Source: Bugula neritina
Lineage: Eukaryota; Animalia; Bryozoa
Reading direction: 5' to 3'
Assembly (NCBI GenBank): GCA_964035545.1
Contig: OZ037770.1
Span: forward strand, 4,000,662 to 4,064,661
Length of the DNA stretch: 64,000 nucleotides
The position numbers and the translations under genes were made by a program. The notes under the pieces are model-generated. The model was not told the origin of the DNA and did no database searches. It saw nothing but the letters and a program-made list of their open reading frames with translations. Numbering within the stretch: position 1 is the first letter of the stretch; each line of letters starts with the position of its first letter. This document shows, piece by piece, positions 61,185 through 64,000 of this stretch.

Positions 61185-62205
61185 ATGGGAAAGCGAGATG
61201 GGCAAAGACATTATGATGTCAGGGATGAGTACAGGAAGAAAATAGGTAACTGCTTCTACACTATGAGTTATTCATGCTGCATATAAATAGTGTAGTGCAT
61301 AATACCCAACACTTATTCAATGCCAACAAGAAAACAAACTCCACTTCAATGTAAATTATAAATTAAAATAAAATTTCTTTCATCAGTTACCTAATTTCTG
61401 CTTAGCTGCTAAATTCTTTTGAAATTTAGATTTTTTTCAAAACAGCAATGTATATAGTTTTAGCTTGGTGAAGTTTAATTTAAAATTAGCTGTCAGTTGG
61501 TTGGTATTACTCTGCGCATGCTATTATTGACACTGCCGATTCATGTTCATTCTAGATCAAATATGAACTATCTTAAAACTCATGCTATATGTCTTCGTGG
61601 ACTGAGGCTATATTTGATACATAAATTTATCATCATCCATCATATTTGTTGCCAATAAGTTTGCTAACTATTATTTAGGTAAACAAGACTATCTCAAGTC
61701 AAAGTCCAGTCTGAAGAAAGCCAAACAAATTGAAGAGTTGAAGAGATCAAGCACGCATTACCAGGTCTGTGTTATATTTGATTAGACATCAAGTTATTGA
61801 GTTACAGCCTCTGGCCCAAGTTTAGCCTAATCATTATCAACTCGTGTGGGTTTATAGTCGCCATCCTTGTGAGAAACTCCTTCTTGAAGGCTAAAAACTT
61901 ATTATTCATTTGTGGCGAATGACTAAGTTTCAGTTTGCTAAGGGGTTTTACTGGGATGTGAACCACAAAGCCAAGCCATCACTCTAACCCCTAGACCACT
62001 GTTACCCTCCTCTCCCCCCCCCCCCAATATAGTGCTCGTGAAATCTCATTGGCACTCTTGGTTGTGCCTAATTTGTTTAATTGTTTTCTTTGTGACCTGA
62101 CACTGTTTGTGCGTATTGTTGTAGGATATGATGATGGTAATAGGGACAGTGGCTATGGTGGTTGCAGGAATTTACGCTCTGTTTTACTCCATCAGCAAGA
62201 CATAG
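61185..62205 (+). CDS. TRIQK: Triple QxxK/R motif-containing protein, 75 aa, single C-terminal TM helix
   Basis: Exons 61185-61245, 61679-61764, 62125-62205 splice to MGKRDGQRHYDVRDEYRKKIGKQDYLKSKSSLKKAKQIEELKRSSTHYQDMMMVIGTVAMVVAGIYALFYSISKT*. YRKKIGKQDYLKSK matches the TRIQK signature YRKQIGKQDYKKTK as I recall it. Confidence 0.88.
61840..62005 (-). mobile_element. Internally deleted copy of the 37053 SINE in TRIQK intron
   Basis: tagtcgccatccttgtgagaaa and cccctagaccactgtt are reverse complements of the SINE tail and head. Confidence 0.6.
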
Positions 62206-63389
62206 TGTAGATCAACACATTGTTGTAACTTTCTCATTAGAGCTCAATGTGGATCTCAATTTGCCTAATTGTAGTAATCAGTAGAAGTCATTGTGTAGTA
62301 TTGGCTGACCTCATATTATGTATTCTACGTCATACCATTAAGTAGAGCTTCGGGTCAAAGGTTACGTTACTTTTAATTTGACAATCATTTTATTGTGAAC
62401 TCCATTGCATGTAGAGTTCTCCTTGTATTCAGAAAGACATGCGAGTGACAAGATGTAAATCTTGTAACTTTTTCTTGTCATTCTTTGTAATCAGTTTAAA
62501 CTTACACCAAGTCTACAATCGCAAAACGTTTGAGTTGTGAAGCAATTTAAACAATTTCAACACACAATACATATTATGAAGCCTTGCTACTTAAAACATT
62601 TAATATATCTTGTAAATTATTAGTTTTTTATTTTGATGGCTTGTGAGTTGTAGTAGTGCATTGTGCTCATTATCTTGTGGTCTCAGCATAGCATCACAAT
62701 ATTTGTTGTTTATCTTTGAAATTGTCCTTTTTTTTCCTCAATGATTCGTCCAAAATACAAAAAACATTTCAGTGGTTGCTTTAAAATGTTACAGGCTGAA
62801 TTTATAATTTTATAAAGATTTTATGCAAGATTACTTTTTGAAAGCTATTGATAGAACAAATAAATTAATTTATAGTAATTTGTCTTTCGGCTTTCATTTG
62901 CTGGCTTTTTGATATATCCAAGTGTTTTAAAAGTCCTGACATATATTATAGCAGCTCTTAGAATTGCCCGCAGCACTCACTGCAGTGGTTAGCTGTATTG
63001 CTCATGATGTAGATCTGTATTGTAAAGCTTAAATTGACTATGATTTGGAAGAAAAGATGCAATATTAAATTTTGTTTGATGAAGGCTACTACTAGTTAAA
63101 GTGCAACAATTTGAACTTGGATATATATTAATAGTTGCATAGTACATATTATATAAGTATGTATTGTAATATATGCATAATATGTAATTATATGCTGTAA
63201 TACATATTATGTTTGTATTGGCTATACAAGTGTGCATATGTATTTAAAAGGCATCTGACAAAAATTACACAAAATACTACATGCAAAAAGAAACTCTGTA
63301 ATTACTATAAGCTATACAGAAATGTTACATCAAATTAAACAGAATATAATATACTAAATAATTTGGCTAATCTGTATTATTGAGTTTAC

Positions 63390-63465
63390 CCAGCTGTGGT
63401 GTGATGGTTTAACTCGCCTGCTTGCAAGCCGGAGGTCTGTGGTTCGAATCCCGGTATAGGGCAAT
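63390..63465 (+). mobile_element. tRNA-derived SINE head / tRNA-like pseudogene (TGC at anticodon position)
   Basis: tggtgtgatgg A-box, ggttcgaatcc B-box, cttgcaa loop; acceptor stem does not pair. Confidence 0.6.
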
Positions 63466-64000
63466 TTTTTAACATATCCCAAGTTGCTGACTCCACCAGC
63501 TCTCCTGAAAGTATATATTCATGCATTGAGGTCTCTGATAAGTTGTGTATAGAGAGCTAATGTGTATTATTTCAACATATCATTATGTATATATTAATAA
63601 TCTTCAACTATACATAAGGCTCTAAAATGAAAAGCCATACAAATATGAAATTCTGACAATCATAATATTCTTACACAAATCCATCCTTCTTATAGATGTT
63701 AATATACTATATATAATATACTATGATATATATGCACGTTACCTATTTGGGGTTTTATGCCACCTACCATTGTAAATTATTTTGATATTGAGTGCATTTT
63801 CTACTTAAATAAAGATAGGAAATTGATATGCCTAAACGGATAAATTGATATTATAGAAAGACAAAACTATTACTTGAATTTTTATGCTGAAAGCTACCTT
63901 TTCTTTAACTTTTTTGTTTTAATATATACATCTCATAGCTTTGGATGAAGATGAGATGAGTGGTGGGTGAAAGCATGGAAGACTTTATGAATATTCTTTA

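Noticed and set aside
63390-63465. Functional tRNA-Ala(TGC), also 15109-15181
   Set aside because: Acceptor stems do not pair and there are several degenerate copies, so these are SINE heads.

Overview
AT-rich, intron-containing animal genomic DNA (probably invertebrate; inferred from composition and gene content). I reconstructed three host genes by hand from splice phases. (1) A + strand proline/hydroxyproline dehydrogenase, PRODH2-like, ~18.56-24.95 kb. (2) A - strand multi-exon gene, ~29.98-42.04 kb, whose exons from 38881 down to the stop join in one continuous frame into LRR array - Roc GTPase - COR - caspase (peptidase C14). (3) A small + strand TRIQK gene, 61.19-62.21 kb, missed by the ORF track. 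The ROCO-caspase fusion is the standout. Its LRRs sit in tandemly duplicated 138-bp phase-2/phase-2 cassette exons that vary mainly at solvent-exposed positions, some copies are pseudo-exons, and the caspase has an atypical EACSG motif. This looks like a diversifying receptor-GTPase-protease, although this copy may be damaged at its 5' end. The window also holds a structurally complete young Ty3/Gypsy element (52634-60078) with a -1 frameshift signal, a fossil Gag knuckle and an extra zinc-finger ORF3. It further contains two decayed relatives and a third truncated one, solo LTRs, an RTE LINE fragment, Kolobok/Harbinger/foldback non-autonomous elements, tRNA-derived SINEs and simple repeats. 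Family assignments come from recalled motifs, not database searches.
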